This document shows positions 41,260 through 49,915 of a stretch of DNA of 64,000 bases, piece after piece. The position numbers and the translations under genes were made by a program. Below the pieces are notes generated by a model. The model did not search any database. It saw only the letters and a program-made list of their open reading frames with translations, and had not been told where the DNA came from. The stretch is from a virus. Every line of letters begins with the position of its first letter. Position 1 is the stretch's first letter. The stretch is from positions 53,612 to 117,611 of IMG/VR virus record IMGVR_UViG_3300046832_001910; one strand, given 5' to 3'.

Positions 41260-41844
41260 ATGATCAAATTTAATAAAGTAATTTCTGACAATCCAGCACA
41301 TTGGTATTGGTTTGATGAAGGATTTTCTAATGATGAGATTGCCAGAATAGAAAGAATGTCAACTGCATTTAATTTAGGCAAGGCTCAGATTAGTGATGAT
41401 GAATTAATTAATGAAGACATTAGAAAGAGTGAAACTGGGTGGATCCCATTTACCGATGAGTACCGTTGGATATATGAAAAATTAGCCGGAATGATACAGG
41501 AAGCCAATGATGTTCTTTGGCACTTTGATTTAGGCGAAATGGAGGAAATGATCCAGTATACCATCTATTATGAAGATGGCGGCCATTATGATTATCACCT
41601 CGATGTTGGCCCAGGTTATCCTCTTAATCAGAGAAAAATTAGCATTACGGTTCAATTAACAGGACCTGACGATTATGAAGGCGGAGACTTTGAAATCTTA
41701 AGAGGAGGCAGTCCAGAATCTCTACCAAAGAAAAAAGGCTGTGTTTTGGTATTTCCTTCATACATTTTGCATAGAGTAAAGCCAGTTACTAAAGGAACAA
41801 GAAAATCTCTTGTTTTGTGGGTAGGTGGTGGGAGTTATAAGTGA
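41260..41844 (+). CDS. PKHD/prolyl-4-hydroxylase-like 2OG-Fe(II) oxygenase
   Basis: HLD, YEGG, FPS..HRVKPVTKGTRKSLVLW. Confidence 0.88.
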   Translation: MIKFNKVISDNPAHWYWFDEGFSNDEIARIERMSTAFNLGKAQISDDELINEDIRKSETGWIPFTDEYRWIYEKLAGMIQEANDVLWHFDLGEMEEMIQYTIYYEDGGHYDYHLDVGPGYPLNQRKISITVQLTGPDDYEGGDFEILRGGSPESLPKKKGCVLVFPSYILHRVKPVTKGTRKSLVLWVGGGSYK

Positions 41845-41874
41845 TTTGTGTACCCGGTGTGGGTGAATTGCAAA

Positions 41875-41983
41875 TTGTTAATAACTTTTTTCAGTTTTTT
41901 TCACTCTAGAGAGAAAAAAGTTAGAGAAAAATTTTTTTATCCCAAATATTTGTATTATATTTATATAAAATAAAACGGATATG
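41875..41983 (+). repeat. early stem-loop promoter repeat, copy A
   Basis: TTGTTAATAACTTTT..AAAAAGT..AAAATTTT..TCCCAA..TTTGTATTATATTTATA..AAACGGATATG. Confidence 0.85.
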
Positions 41984-42184
41984 GAAATCAAATTCAAACT
42001 CAACCTGAAACCTTTAATTCTGACCATCGTATCATTTACTGTGGCTGCAATGACCGCAAACGGTACAATTCAAAACTACATCCATTTTGCTGATGCGATC
42101 AATGAAATTGGATTCTTTGTAATCTCTATCGTTGCCGGTACAATAGGTCTGTTTTCATCCTTTGAAAAATCTCAATCTAAGTAA
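41981..42184 (+). CDS. small 2-TM early protein
   Basis: Starts at the repeat ATG. Confidence 0.65.
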   Translation: MEIKFKLNLKPLILTIVSFTVAAMTANGTIQNYIHFADAINEIGFFVISIVAGTIGLFSSFEKSQSK

Positions 42185-42435
42185 TGAAAAATCTTAAGTA
42201 CATATCAAAAGATTCACTTGACGCATTTCTCATAGGAATGAGCAAATACGAAACATCTGAACTCTTAAATGATCTTAATGTCCTTGAACTTTTGGACGGT
42301 AAAACACCTAAAGATCATAAAGCAGATATTCCTCCTTATGAAGCTGCTGAGGCATTTCTCTATCTGTTCCAAGAAAGAGAAGATTATGAACTATGTCAAA
42401 TGCTACTTGAAAAATGGCCGCAACTAAGAAAGTAA
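42184..42435 (+). CDS. hypothetical protein
   Basis: Coupled ORF; EDYELC motif. Confidence 0.6.
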   Translation: MKNLKYISKDSLDAFLIGMSKYETSELLNDLNVLELLDGKTPKDHKADIPPYEAAEAFLYLFQEREDYELCQMLLEKWPQLRK

Positions 42436-42680
42436 TGGAAGTGTATCATTCAACTCAGGCCTCTGCCTTAATGGAAGCCGAAAGATATGCAAAGCAAAAA
42501 GGCTACACGGTTATGTATGAAGACCGTCTTTGGACCGAACATGTTGCATATGGGCACACGGTGAAATACTCGTTCCCACTTAGGTTAGATCGCACTGGTA
42601 ATGAAGCCAAGTTTTGGTTACATATCCAACTATATCGTATGGGAAGCGGCGGTTACGAACTAAATTGTTACTTATCATGA
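42435..42680 (+). CDS. hypothetical protein
   Basis: ATG 42435; LHIQLYRM..YELNCY. Confidence 0.65.
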   Translation: MEVYHSTQASALMEAERYAKQKGYTVMYEDRLWTEHVAYGHTVKYSFPLRLDRTGNEAKFWLHIQLYRMGSGGYELNCYLS

Positions 42681-42859
42681 ATATATCACAACTAAAATCA
42701 GAAGTAAGCAAATTCATTAATGAGAACCCTGATCTTAAAGATGAAATCCTAGATTTTTATTATTTAGCATGTTCGGAGATTGAAGAAGGTGGTTCAGAAA
42801 TGCATGAATGCGAATTGGCGTATAATGACATTGTAGAATTAATCAAAGAAAGCAAATGA
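42677..42859 (+). CDS. hypothetical protein
   Basis: ATG 42677; acidic helical. Confidence 0.6.
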   Translation: MNISQLKSEVSKFINENPDLKDEILDFYYLACSEIEEGGSEMHECELAYNDIVELIKESK

Positions 42860-43476
42860 TTGATAACCTAGAACTTATTAAGCCTCTCCTTAACTTTGAA
42901 AAGAAGGGAGACTTTTATATGCTTTATGTTTTTAAGCGTAAGAAGGATCAACCTGAAGGAGAAAGAGATAATCATCAATCAGTAAGAACCATTAAGACTT
43001 ATTGCATTGAGAGTGTTGAACACTTAGAACGAAGATATGATGAGATTAAACAACTATGTGAAATGTTTAATGCACGGGCATACATCCATGTCCAAAAACA
43101 AAATCACTTTGACGTTTCTCTAAATATGATGGTTGCGTTGGCTCAACGTATCCAAGATGGTAACACCAATCAAAAGGGTTTATTTGACTCTGTTGTTGGG
43201 CAGATTAAAACCCAAGAGAAACGGTGGATTGTAGATATTGACACCAAGGATGAGATCGTGGTTCATCGAGTTGCTCATATTGTTAATCAAATGAAACCTG
43301 AAGGTGATAAGATTATTACATGCATCCCAACCAAAAATGGCTATCATTTAATTACTCATAGATTTGATGTATTAACTTTTAATAAGATGATGTCACTTCA
43401 GGGAGATGTTCCTGACATTCAAAAGAAAAATCCTACATTGTTATATTTACCTAATACTCTTTCAAATGATATATGA
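42856..43476 (+). CDS. protein with primase/AEP-like motifs
   Basis: WIVDID and PTKNGYHL. Confidence 0.5.
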   Translation: MIDNLELIKPLLNFEKKGDFYMLYVFKRKKDQPEGERDNHQSVRTIKTYCIESVEHLERRYDEIKQLCEMFNARAYIHVQKQNHFDVSLNMMVALAQRIQDGNTNQKGLFDSVVGQIKTQEKRWIVDIDTKDEIVVHRVAHIVNQMKPEGDKIITCIPTKNGYHLITHRFDVLTFNKMMSLQGDVPDIQKKNPTLLYLPNTLSNDI

Positions 43477-43669
43477 TTTTGTTGATACTGCTTTTGCTAA
43501 CGAGCTAGGCATAGATGTGAGTGAGTATATAGTGAGAGTAGAATCTCTTCTTGAAAAACATCCGCATAGAGGAGAAGTCCTGATAGGAGGTATCTGGTCA
43601 GAAGATGATCATACCAGAGAAAGAGCAAAGAAGATGTTCATGGAAGCTACCGCAGAATTCATCTCTTAG
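43466..43669 (+). CDS. hypothetical protein
   Basis: In-frame ATG 43466. Confidence 0.55.
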   Translation: MIYDFVDTAFANELGIDVSEYIVRVESLLEKHPHRGEVLIGGIWSEDDHTRERAKKMFMEATAEFIS

Positions 43670-43670
43670 A

Positions 43671-43735
43671 TTGTTAATAACTTTTTTCATTCAATAGAGA
43701 AAAAAGTCCTAGAAAAATTTTCAAATCCCAATTAT
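43671..43735 (+). repeat. early repeat, truncated copy B
   Basis: Matches up to TCCCAATTAT, then lacks the TTTG/TAAATTTA box and AAACGGA. Confidence 0.8.
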
Positions 43736-43863
43736 GTGCTCTATATGACAGATAAGACATCTTATGGAATATCACAATGCCAATCAATAGAAGAAACGTT
43801 TCGTCAAAAATTGATATAAAAAATAAGTCTTTTAGAAATAAATATTCTAAATAAGACTGTAAC

Positions 43864-44676
43864 ATGCTATTAAAACAAGGTTCGACCGGTGCAGACGTAA
43901 TAAAATTACAACAAGCACTAGGTCTTAAAGCAGATGGAATCTTTGGTCCAGGCACAGATAAAGCCGTTAAAGTTTTTCAATCAAAGAACGGTTTAACTCC
44001 AGATGGAGTTGTTGGCGATGGTACTTGGTCTAAGCTATTTCCTTCTACAAGTGCACCAGTTCAGAATACTGGTTCTCTTAATCTATCAAAACTTTCTGGT
44101 GTCATTCCAGCATCTGTACTCGCTCAGATCCCTGATACTGCTGCTAAATTCGGAATCACTACTAATCTCCGTTTAGCTCATTTCCTAGCACAATGTGGCC
44201 ATGAATCTGGTGGATTTAAAGCCGTTTCGGAAAATCTAAATTATTCTGTTCAAGGATTAGGATCAATTTTCAAAAAGTATTTTCCTACTGTAGAGTTAGC
44301 TAACGCTTATGCTCGAAATCCAGAGAAAATTGCTTCTCGTGTTTATGCAAGTCGTATGGGTAATGGTGATGAAGCTTCAAAAGAAGGATTCAAATTCCGT
44401 GGAAGAGGTTACATTCAATTAACAGGAAAATCAAACTATACGAATTTCACGAAGTTCATCGGTGAAGATTGTGTAGCAAATCCAGATTTGGTTGCAACTA
44501 AATATCCACTTGCTTCTGCAGCTTTCTTCTTCAATTCAAATAACCTTTGGGCTATCTGTGATAGAGGTGCTGATGATGCAACTGTTACTGCTGTAACTAA
44601 AAGAGTGAACGGTGGAACTATCGGTCTTGCTGATAGAATTAAACACTTTAAAGAGTATATTGCTCTGCTAAAATAA
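43864..44676 (+). CDS. endolysin: PG-binding domain + GH19 lysozyme-fold domain
   Basis: DGIFGPGT..FQ..DGVVG; HFLAQCGHES, FRGRGYIQLTG, VNGG..GLADR. Confidence 0.92.
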   Translation: MLLKQGSTGADVIKLQQALGLKADGIFGPGTDKAVKVFQSKNGLTPDGVVGDGTWSKLFPSTSAPVQNTGSLNLSKLSGVIPASVLAQIPDTAAKFGITTNLRLAHFLAQCGHESGGFKAVSENLNYSVQGLGSIFKKYFPTVELANAYARNPEKIASRVYASRMGNGDEASKEGFKFRGRGYIQLTGKSNYTNFTKFIGEDCVANPDLVATKYPLASAAFFFNSNNLWAICDRGADDATVTAVTKRVNGGTIGLADRIKHFKEYIALLK

Positions 44677-44686
44677 TTTATTCAAA

Positions 44687-45796
44687 TTGAAGAATTTACC
44701 TAAAGAAGAATTAGTAAGTAGACTCGAAGCAATAAACAGAAGTAATGCTATCATTTACTTTGATCTTAATGGAACTATACTAGGAGTTAATGATATTTTC
44801 TTAGAAGCGATGGGATATGGGAAAGGTAACCATGACGATCTTATCGGTAAACATCACCGCATTTTCGTATGTGAAGACTATGCAAGAACTCTTGAATATG
44901 AGAAGTTTTGGGATATCCTGAGAAGTGGTAAGTATTACACTGGAGAATTTGAGAGAAGAAAAAAAGACGGAAGTCTTATTAATCTTCAAGCAACTTACAA
45001 TCCTATTTTCGATGATGAAGGTAAAATTACCAAGATAATGAAAATTGCTACTGATATTACATTAATCGTCGAAAGTAAAAAACAGATAGATGCTATTAAT
45101 AGAAGCACTGCTCTTATCAATTTCAATATTGATGGATTCATAACTGATGTTAATTCGATATTCTTAGAAGTTATGGGCTATAAACCTAGTGAAAAAAATA
45201 AAGTCGTAGGTAAACATCATAGTGTCTTTGTAAGTTATGAGTATTCTAAATCTGATGAGTATGTCAAGTTTTGGGATAATCTAAGAAAAGGAAAGTATTT
45301 CGATGGTATATTTGAAAGGAAAAAAGTAGATGGCTCTACTGTCTACTTACAAGCATCTTACAATCCAGTATTAGACAGTAAAGGGAATATTACGGATGTG
45401 GTTAAAATTGCAACTGATGTTACTGAAGCTGTAAATAATAAGACAAAAATAGAAGCTCTTACTAAAGATTTACAAATAGAGCTGACAAATTCTCAAAAAC
45501 TAAAAGCAGCAATAGAGATAGAAAAAGATGCTGCTTTAAATGACTTGGATGTAATGATGAAGAAGAGTCAATCTGAATTAATTAAAGTAATTGTGAAGGT
45601 TGCACTTTCCGTTATTATTGGAGTAGGTGCCGTGACTACAATATTGTACTGGATGGCTATGGTCACAGGAAAAGACACACAAATCATTGGATCTACTTGG
45701 TCGAATATGTTTAGTGTTCTTCTCACTAACGCATTTTCTATAGTAGGTACGATTATGGGTATCAAATATGCTACTCAAGACGGAAAACCTCAATAA
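44687..45796 (+). CDS. tandem PAS/PAC protein with coiled coil and two C-terminal TMs
   Basis: Two copies of AINRS..F..G.I..VN..FL..MGY..GKHH..FW..LR.GKY..FER..DGS..QA.YNP..KIATD; TTG start. Confidence 0.88.
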   Translation: MKNLPKEELVSRLEAINRSNAIIYFDLNGTILGVNDIFLEAMGYGKGNHDDLIGKHHRIFVCEDYARTLEYEKFWDILRSGKYYTGEFERRKKDGSLINLQATYNPIFDDEGKITKIMKIATDITLIVESKKQIDAINRSTALINFNIDGFITDVNSIFLEVMGYKPSEKNKVVGKHHSVFVSYEYSKSDEYVKFWDNLRKGKYFDGIFERKKVDGSTVYLQASYNPVLDSKGNITDVVKIATDVTEAVNNKTKIEALTKDLQIELTNSQKLKAAIEIEKDAALNDLDVMMKKSQSELIKVIVKVALSVIIGVGAVTTILYWMAMVTGKDTQIIGSTWSNMFSVLLTNAFSIVGTIMGIKYATQDGKPQ

Positions 45797-45812
45797 AAAT
45801 AACAAATAAAAA

Positions 45813-46103
45813 ATGAAAAACACAGAAAAGAAAACAGTATCTTTCATCAGAAGAATGTTTATGGATGATAACGACATAAATGAAAAATCCGTAGTTGGAT
45901 TTGCTTCATTTATTATGATGGTTATTTGTTTAGCCGTAGATATCTGGACCGGTTTCCACGGACAACAAATGCCAATCAATGAATTTATATTCGACGGATT
46001 TATGGTTATCACACTAGGTTCGTTTGGTATTGCTTCCGTAGATAAGTACATAACTACGAGAAAAGGATCTAATAACGATAGCGAAAATACAACTATCGAA
46101 TAA
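45813..46103 (+). CDS. holin-like 2-TM protein
   Basis: 96 aa, two TMs, charged tail, lysis context. Confidence 0.55.
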   Translation: MKNTEKKTVSFIRRMFMDDNDINEKSVVGFASFIMMVICLAVDIWTGFHGQQMPINEFIFDGFMVITLGSFGIASVDKYITTRKGSNNDSENTTIE

Positions 46104-46117
46104 AATAAAGTTACATT

Positions 46118-46711
46118 ATGAGTTGTTATACTAGAGAACAAATAGAAGCCGCTGTAAAAGCTAAAGGATATGCTTGGTTTGAAGGCGCAAAAGATTTCGA
46201 TGTTAATATCGTAGGAGTTAGAAACTCTGCAACTGGACAAAAAGTTACAAACGCCTTTGATGATTGTCTTACCATATCTTATAAAGAAGGTGGTGTTTGG
46301 AAGTCTCATTGCTGGATGGCTACTACAGACCCTGGTAAAAAGGGAATGTTAGAAGGTAAAGCCGCTGGTGGAGTTGCAAGACTTGTAGAAGGTCAATACA
46401 GAGGATCTCATACACTAGGTTTACATCAAGGAAAATATGAAGCTCTTAAACAAGCTAAACCAGTTAAAGTTTATAGAGATGGTGACAGAGACCTAGAATA
46501 TGACGAAAATAAAATAGCAGAAGGAGTATTTGGAATTAACATTCATAAGGCTGGAGTAGATTCTACTTTTGTAGAAAACTGGTCAGAAGGATGTCAGGTA
46601 TTTAAGAGAGCTAAAGATTTCGAAGAATTCATGGCAATCTGTAGAAAAGCTGCTGCAATACATGGTAATTTTTTCACATATACTCTAATCGAATCATCTG
46701 ATATTAAATAA
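46118..46711 (+). CDS. putative peptidoglycan peptidase (YkuD-like)
   Basis: GINIH..WSEGCQV resembles the L,D-transpeptidase His..SxGC motif. Confidence 0.55.
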   Translation: MSCYTREQIEAAVKAKGYAWFEGAKDFDVNIVGVRNSATGQKVTNAFDDCLTISYKEGGVWKSHCWMATTDPGKKGMLEGKAAGGVARLVEGQYRGSHTLGLHQGKYEALKQAKPVKVYRDGDRDLEYDENKIAEGVFGINIHKAGVDSTFVENWSEGCQVFKRAKDFEEFMAICRKAAAIHGNFFTYTLIESSDIK

Positions 46712-46767
46712 ACCGGAGGAGTGCTAGTAACTCTTCACCATTAGGACCGGTTATAGTTGCGACTATA
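46711..46767 (+). ncRNA. candidate structured RNA element
   Basis: AACCGG/CCGGTT encloses an AGGAGT/ACTCTT hairpin; followed by ATAGT-TGCG-ACTAT. Confidence 0.4.
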
Positions 46768-46769
46768 TA

Positions 46770-46800
46770 AAGCCAGGAATTCGCTACTCCTGGCTTTTGT
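46770..46800 (+). terminator. intrinsic terminator
   Basis: AAGCCAGGA-ATTCGCTAC-TCCTGGCTT then TTGT. Confidence 0.75.
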
Positions 46801-46811
46801 GCGTAGAAAAA

Positions 46812-46899
46812 TTGTTAATAACTTTTCTAAAAAAAGTCTCTTAAAAATTTTTTTATCCCAAAAATTTGTTTTATATTTATATAAAATTAAACGGATATG
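46812..46899 (+). repeat. early repeat, copy C
   Basis: Full motif ending AAACGGATATG. Confidence 0.85.
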
Positions 46900-47064
46900 G
46901 AATTTAACAATCGTCAAGAAATCATCAAAGCCCTAGTTAAAGAATTTGGGGAAACTGAATCGTCATTCAGCAATACTGCCACTAATAAGCAACGAGAAAA
47001 ATTTTGGACTTTCAACCGCTTATCTAACTATTTAAGAAACCTAAGAATTGCTAACGAAAAATAA
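46897..47064 (+). CDS. 55-aa early protein (not in ORF track)
   Basis: Hand translation MEFNNRQEII..RIANEK. Confidence 0.65.
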   Translation: MEFNNRQEIIKALVKEFGETESSFSNTATNKQREKFWTFNRLSNYLRNLRIANEK

Positions 47065-47068
47065 TCAT

Positions 47069-47245
47069 ATGAAACTTATCAAAAAAATAGAGATCTATTT
47101 AACTGAAGCAGGATTAACTCAACAGGACTATGTAATATCTCTTCAAGGTCCTACTTTAATTTTTACGCAAGGCGGTAAGGAAAAATTTGACAATGATCCT
47201 ATTCTTAGAGCGGAACTCTTTGATCTAGGAATCTCTATCCTGTAA
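47069..47245 (+). CDS. hypothetical protein
   Basis: ATG 47069. Confidence 0.6.
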   Translation: MKLIKKIEIYLTEAGLTQQDYVISLQGPTLIFTQGGKEKFDNDPILRAELFDLGISIL

Positions 47246-47246
47246 A

Positions 47247-47341
47247 TTGTTAATAACTTTTCTAAAAAAAGTCCTAGAAAAATTTTCAAATCCCAATTAT
47301 TTGTATTAAATTTATACTATAATTAAATAAACGGAAACATG
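47247..47341 (+). repeat. early repeat, copy D
   Basis: Full motif ending AAACGGAAACATG. Confidence 0.85.
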
Positions 47342-47626
47342 GAAACAACAATTCGCATCACAACCCAGTACTACGAAAACTACGGTGACTCTATCAAACC
47401 CTATTGGAAGCCAAAGGGTGGATTTGAATTTATCATTAAGGCTGATGCCGATCTGATCATGTATGTACCGGATCTAAAGACGGTTCTTTCCCAAATGGTA
47501 GCTGAGGAATCAAACACTCATGAAAAGTTTGAATACATCGACCATGACGTAATATTCACAGAGCCTTTTCAATTATCAACTGAGAAGTTTGAAAGCCTTG
47601 TAAAAGAACAATTTCAAAATGCATAA
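47339..47626 (+). CDS. early hypothetical protein
   Basis: TQYYENY..YWKPKGG. Confidence 0.7.
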   Translation: METTIRITTQYYENYGDSIKPYWKPKGGFEFIIKADADLIMYVPDLKTVLSQMVAEESNTHEKFEYIDHDVIFTEPFQLSTEKFESLVKEQFQNA

Positions 47627-48002
47627 TATGAATACATACACTCCTCAATTCCGCGCAGCGGTAGAATCTGTGGCCGAAGAGATTGGCCTACTTAATGCAA
47701 CCAACTCTCGCCATGAGAAGAATGGAACCATTGCATACATTGATCCAGTAACAACCGCCGTGTACACACTACACACAAATGGGTACATTCGTCGAACTCA
47801 CCGCCAGGCAATGTGGTACAATGGAAGTATGCAAAATGTAACATACCAACTTAACCGTACTCGTAAGGTTAGTAAACCGTTTGCGTATGGTGATAAAACC
47901 GGTTTTGTCAAATGTACTGAACGTATTATGGCTACACCGTTAGAACAACTTGCATTGTTAACCACTTCTGTTATTTCTTATCGTAAGTACAATGGGAACT
48001 AA
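47619..48002 (+). CDS. hypothetical protein
   Basis: Overlapping ORF; GYIRR..YQLN. Confidence 0.65.
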   Translation: MHNMNTYTPQFRAAVESVAEEIGLLNATNSRHEKNGTIAYIDPVTTAVYTLHTNGYIRRTHRQAMWYNGSMQNVTYQLNRTRKVSKPFAYGDKTGFVKCTERIMATPLEQLALLTTSVISYRKYNGN

Positions 48003-48477
48003 TTACTATCGCATACCTACTGTATCTGAAATGGAAGAGCGTAAAGCTCGTCTCCAAAAAAGAATTGCAGAAATGGAAATGGAGCCAAGCGATATTGAAC
48101 GTAACTTCAATACAATTCCAATTGATGAAAACTCATGGGATTATGACTCACCTTGGACAGAATTCATTAGCGGTGCAAACATTCACTTAGGTAAGCGAAG
48201 CGGTGGATGGAAGTTTCTTTGGAACTTTCATAGTGATAAGTACTTTACCGATAAAGAAAGTCTTTTTGCCTTCATTCGTTCTGGGAGAATCGTTAATGAG
48301 TACGGAGAGGAAATAAACCAAGATGAGTTTATTCAAATGGCTTTAGATTGGGGTCAGCCTGATGGCTGGGACCTAACCGCATATTACCGAGACAATCCAT
48401 CCAATTGGTCTCAGTATAGTAAACCTGAAAGATATGTAGATGGACTTCGTATCTCTGACTCAACTGAATTTTCTTAA
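47992..48477 (+). CDS. hypothetical protein
   Basis: MGTNYY..HLGKRSGGWKF..NEYG. Confidence 0.7.
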   Translation: MGTNYYRIPTVSEMEERKARLQKRIAEMEMEPSDIERNFNTIPIDENSWDYDSPWTEFISGANIHLGKRSGGWKFLWNFHSDKYFTDKESLFAFIRSGRIVNEYGEEINQDEFIQMALDWGQPDGWDLTAYYRDNPSNWSQYSKPERYVDGLRISDSTEFS

Positions 48478-48499
48478 ACTTAAAACTAAATTATAAATT

Positions 48500-48973
48500 A
48501 TGGGACTAGACATGTACCTTACCAAAAAGCATTATGTTCAGAAATGGGATCATCATGCTGAAGACAAACGATTTGATGTAACCGTTACCAAAGGTGGGAA
48601 AGAATACCCACACATTAACAAAGACAAAGTTACTTATGTTCTTGAAGAAGCTGCATATTGGCGAAAGGCTAATGCAATTCATGGATGGTTTGTTAACAAT
48701 GTTCAAAAAGGCATTGATGAGTGCCAAGAAAGCTGGGTAGGTCTTGATAAGATTAAGGAGCTTACTGAAATATGCAAAAAGGTTATTAATGATAACTCAT
48801 TAGCCGAGGAGCTTTTACCAGCAACGCCAGGTTTCTTCTTTGGAGGTTATGATTATGATGAATGGTACTTTGGAGATTTACAACGTACCGTTGAAATGTT
48901 AGAGCTACTTCTTGCTGATGCCGATGAAGATGGTCACTTACCTTATGATCTCTATTACCAATCTTCATGGTAA
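48500..48973 (+). CDS. conserved phage protein
   Basis: MGLDMYL..YWRKANAIHGWF..GFFFG..YYQSSW. Confidence 0.75.
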   Translation: MGLDMYLTKKHYVQKWDHHAEDKRFDVTVTKGGKEYPHINKDKVTYVLEEAAYWRKANAIHGWFVNNVQKGIDECQESWVGLDKIKELTEICKKVINDNSLAEELLPATPGFFFGGYDYDEWYFGDLQRTVEMLELLLADADEDGHLPYDLYYQSSW

Positions 48974-48975
48974 TC

Positions 48976-49010
48976 TTTCAGAATAGCAAAAAACTTGTTA
49001 TATTTTTATA
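48976..49010 (+). promoter_or_regulatory. short class I promoter variant
   Basis: CTTTCAG..CTTGTTATATTT; similar at 39051 and 62660. Confidence 0.45.
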
Positions 49011-49022
49011 AATTAATCAAAA

Positions 49023-49316
49023 ATGAAATTTTCAGATATCATCTTTAAACCACATCCGTACTCTGGATGGAAGTCTAGGACTTTTTTCCCTAATGGTTTT
49101 GAACTCTCCGTTGTTGCTGGAGAATCAATGTACTGCTCACCTAGAACTAATCTACCTTCGCCTCATGATTACGAATCATACGAAATTGCTGTCTTTAATC
49201 CCGACGGAGAATTCTGTACTCAAGAATTCTGTGATGACGCATCCGATGATGTTATTGGATGGCAAACCGTTGAAGAAATTGAATCTGTAATGAAAAGAAT
49301 CTCTGAACATGCCTAA
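49023..49316 (+). CDS. hypothetical protein
   Basis: FPNGFELSVV..YEIAV..DVIGW. Confidence 0.7.
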   Translation: MKFSDIIFKPHPYSGWKSRTFFPNGFELSVVAGESMYCSPRTNLPSPHDYESYEIAVFNPDGEFCTQEFCDDASDDVIGWQTVEEIESVMKRISEHA

Positions 49317-49614
49317 GAAATATAGATACCGCATTGAACATATCTATCCACCTGCATTTGCTGTAGTAGGAGGTCAACGGTATCTATTTCCTGGTTGGAT
49401 TCCCGTAGAGGATGATGTTACATTTGAAGATGTTGAACATATTAATCCTTATGCAAATATTAGAAAGGAAACCTACCAAGTTCAGGGATCATCTGGAAAT
49501 TCATACACGGTCACACGGCGAGAAAACACACTCACCTGTGACTGTCCTGCAGGTAAATTCCGTGGCCAATGTAAACATATAGCAAAGATTAAGGCAGAAC
49601 TTAATCTGGCTTAA
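49309..49614 (+). CDS. SWIM zinc-finger protein
   Basis: GNSYTV..CDCP..CKH. Confidence 0.75.
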   Translation: MPKKYRYRIEHIYPPAFAVVGGQRYLFPGWIPVEDDVTFEDVEHINPYANIRKETYQVQGSSGNSYTVTRRENTLTCDCPAGKFRGQCKHIAKIKAELNLA

Positions 49615-49636
49615 TATATAAAATAAATTAAGTATT

Positions 49637-49915
49637 ATGAGTACATTACTTACCATTTTAGTGATTGCTACCATTGTAGGAATTGCTTTTAGTGCATACG
49701 GTGAAAAGAAAAAGCCGTTATCACCAGGATACACTGCACCTAAACCAAGTGGTACATCTGGTATCAGTGGTTCTAAACCTAGTGGTACATCTGGAGTTAA
49801 AGGAACTAAACCAGGAAGACCGAAGAAACCAAGCGGTACATCTGGTATTAAAGGAACCAAACCAACAAAACCAAAAAAGCCTAGCGGAATATCAGGTATT
49901 AGAGGAATTAAGTAA
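49637..49915 (+). CDS. TM-anchored basic repeat protein
   Basis: N-terminal TM; four KPSG(T/I)SG repeats. Confidence 0.6.
   Translation: MSTLLTILVIATIVGIAFSAYGEKKKPLSPGYTAPKPSGTSGISGSKPSGTSGVKGTKPGRPKKPSGTSGIKGTKPTKPKKPSGISGIRGIK

Noticed and set aside
44687-45796. Methyl-accepting chemotaxis protein or histidine kinase
   Set aside because: No MCP signalling hairpin, H-box or ATPase domain after the PAS pair.
45578-46309. 243-aa minus-strand ORF and the other minus-strand ORFs
   Set aside because: They overlap well-supported + strand genes, have no motifs, and the window is co-oriented.
46711-46800. tRNA or a known riboswitch
   Set aside because: No cloverleaf with T-loop, and no riboswitch consensus I can recognise; kept only as a candidate structured RNA.
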